A DNA stretch of 64,000 nt from Acidisphaera sp. (lineage in GTDB: Bacteria; Pseudomonadota; Alphaproteobacteria; Acetobacterales; Acetobacteraceae). This document shows positions 63,165 to 64,000 of the stretch, one piece after another; within the stretch, counting starts at the first letter, position 1; each line of letters begins with the position of its first letter. Below the pieces are notes generated by a model. It worked only from the letters and a program-made list of their open reading frames with translations, ran no database searches and was not told where the DNA came from. The translations under genes were made by a program, and so were the position numbers. Location: assembly GCA_019240395.1 (NCBI GenBank), contig JAFAYM010000161.1, positions 26,789 to 90,788 of the forward strand, in the 5' to 3' direction.

Positions 63165-64000
63165 CGCCGCTGGTTCGCGTGGAGCGGCTGGAGAAGCGCT
63201 ATCCCGTGCGGCGGCGCCGGCTGTTCCGGCGGCAGACGATCGGCGAGGTGCGCGCGGTGGATGGGGTCGGCTTCACCGTGCAGAGCGGCGAGACCCTGGG
63301 GCTGGTCGGCGAGAGCGGCTGCGGCAAGACCACCACGGCGCGCTGCATGCTGAACCTGATCGAGCCGACCGCCGGCGAGGTCTTTCTCGACGGCAGCCCG
63401 GTCAGCGCGCTGCTCCGCGGCGGCACGCGCGAGGAGATGCTGCAGATCCGCCGGCGCATGCAGTACGTGTTTCAGGACCCCTATCTCTCGCTCAACCCGC
63501 GCTGGACAGTGGCGCAGATCATCCTGGAGCCGTTGCGCGTGCACGCCCACGTGCCCCGCGCCGCCTGGGAGGCACGGCTCGTCGAGCTGCTGGAGCTGGT
63601 CGGGCTGGAAGAGGGTCACGCCTGGCGCTATCCCCACGAGTTCAGCGGCGGCCAGCGCCAGCGCGTCGGCATCGCGCGCGCGCTCGCCGTCGAGCCGCGC
63701 TTCCTGATCTGCGACGAGCCGGTCTCCTCGCTCGACGTGTCGGTGCGCGCGCAGATCCTTAACCTGCTCGCCGGGCTGCAGGATCGGCTCGGCCTGGCCT
63801 ATCTCTACATTTCCCATGATCTCAGCTCGGTGCGCTATGTCAGCCATCGCGTGGCGGTGATGTATCTCGGCCGCATCGTCGAGATCGCCGAGGTGGATGC
63901 GCTGTTCGCCCATCCCATGCACCACTACACGCACGCCCTGCTGGCGGCGATCCCGGTGCCGGACCCGGATGCGCCGACCGGCGCCGCGCTGGGCGGCGAA
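63161..64000 (+). CDS. ABC transporter ATP-binding protein (DppF/OppF-like), 3-prime end outside window
   Basis: ATG 63161 overlaps the upstream stop (ATGA). The frame stays open to base 64000, so it is absent from the ORF track. Walker [10 protein letters not shown], signature FSGGQRQRV, Walker [12 protein letters not shown]. Confidence 0.9.
   Translation, partial: MTPLVRVERLEKRYPVRRRRLFRRQTIGEVRAVDGVGFTVQSGETLGLVGESGCGKTTTARCMLNLIEPTAGEVFLDGSPVSALLRGGTREEMLQIRRRMQYVFQDPYLSLNPRWTVAQIILEPLRVHAHVPRAAWEARLVELLELVGLEEGHAWRYPHEFSGGQRQRVGIARALAVEPRFLICDEPVSSLDVSVRAQILNLLAGLQDRLGLAYLYISHDLSSVRYVSHRVAVMYLGRIVEIAEVDALFAHPMHHYTHALLAAIPVPDPDAPTGAALGGE

Noticed and set aside
63154-63762. 202-aa ORF from the track ([10 protein letters not shown]...)
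   Set aside because: It is in the wrong frame. The real ABC ATPase (Walker A/B and signature motifs) starts at ATG 63161 in another frame and runs off the window end.
1-64000. Search for tRNA, rRNA, tmRNA, CRISPR arrays, IS transposases, integrases and prophage genes
   Set aside because: None were recognised. Intergenic regions are short and mostly explained by the three repeat families. No cloverleaf-like or spacer-repeat periodic structure was seen.

Overview
Very GC-rich (roughly 68-70% by eye) chromosomal segment with alphaproteobacterial gene content and repeat types, possibly Rhodospirillales or Rhizobiales-like. No taxonomic claim beyond that is possible without a search. All calls come from reading the ORF translations and the DNA; no database search was run, so product names are motif-level recognitions.

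Layout:
- 1-14.9 kb: housekeeping and signalling genes. These are the tail of a GGDEF-EAL protein, a HerA/DUF87-like ATPase, a permease, a ClC channel, a phasin, an EnvZ/OmpR-like pair, MarR, ilvE, moaE-moaD, mobB, pgsA, dnaA and rpsT.
- 15.97-27.9 kb: a 12-gene, translationally coupled respiratory cluster. It encodes Alternative Complex III (actABCDEF plus one unknown membrane protein), SCO1 and a caa3-type cytochrome c oxidase (subunits II-cyt c, I, III, IV).
- 28-32.9 kb: an HpnN-like RND/MMPL transporter, a vapBC toxin-antitoxin pair abutting coaA, and a SYLF-domain protein.
- 33.1-48.3 kb: a regulator-less acyl-CoA-centred catabolic island. It holds three family-III CoA-transferases, a TcuA/TcuB-like pair, a class II aldolase, a VOC protein, an SDR, a frameshifted MFS transporter, an orphan SBP, a ThDP enzyme, RidA, a crotonase and a PLP dehydratase.
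- 48.4-52.4 kb: the regulatory PTS cluster hprK-rapZ-EIIA(Man)-HPr-EI.
- 52.5-64 kb: PCu(A)C, two tandem DMGDH-like FAD/folate oxidoreductases and a Dpp/Opp-type ABC transporter that runs off the window end.

Non-genic structure is the most directly verifiable signal:
- A modular MITE-like element with terminal inverted repeats is present in six copies or fragments. One fills the only gap inside the ACIII operon, one encodes the C-terminus of MoaE, and one supplies the start codon of a DMGDH paralogue.
- A second family consists of about 97-bp palindromic elements (3 copies).
- A 198-bp tandem duplication spans the tcuA/tcuB junction.
- A 14-bp triplication covers the moaD start.

No tRNA, rRNA, CRISPR array, transposase or integrase was recognised. 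No clearly novel multi-gene system can be proven from sequence alone. The best candidates for follow-up are the EAL-coupled orphan HerA-like ATPase and the uncharacterised CoA-transferase/TcuAB-like/ThDP island.
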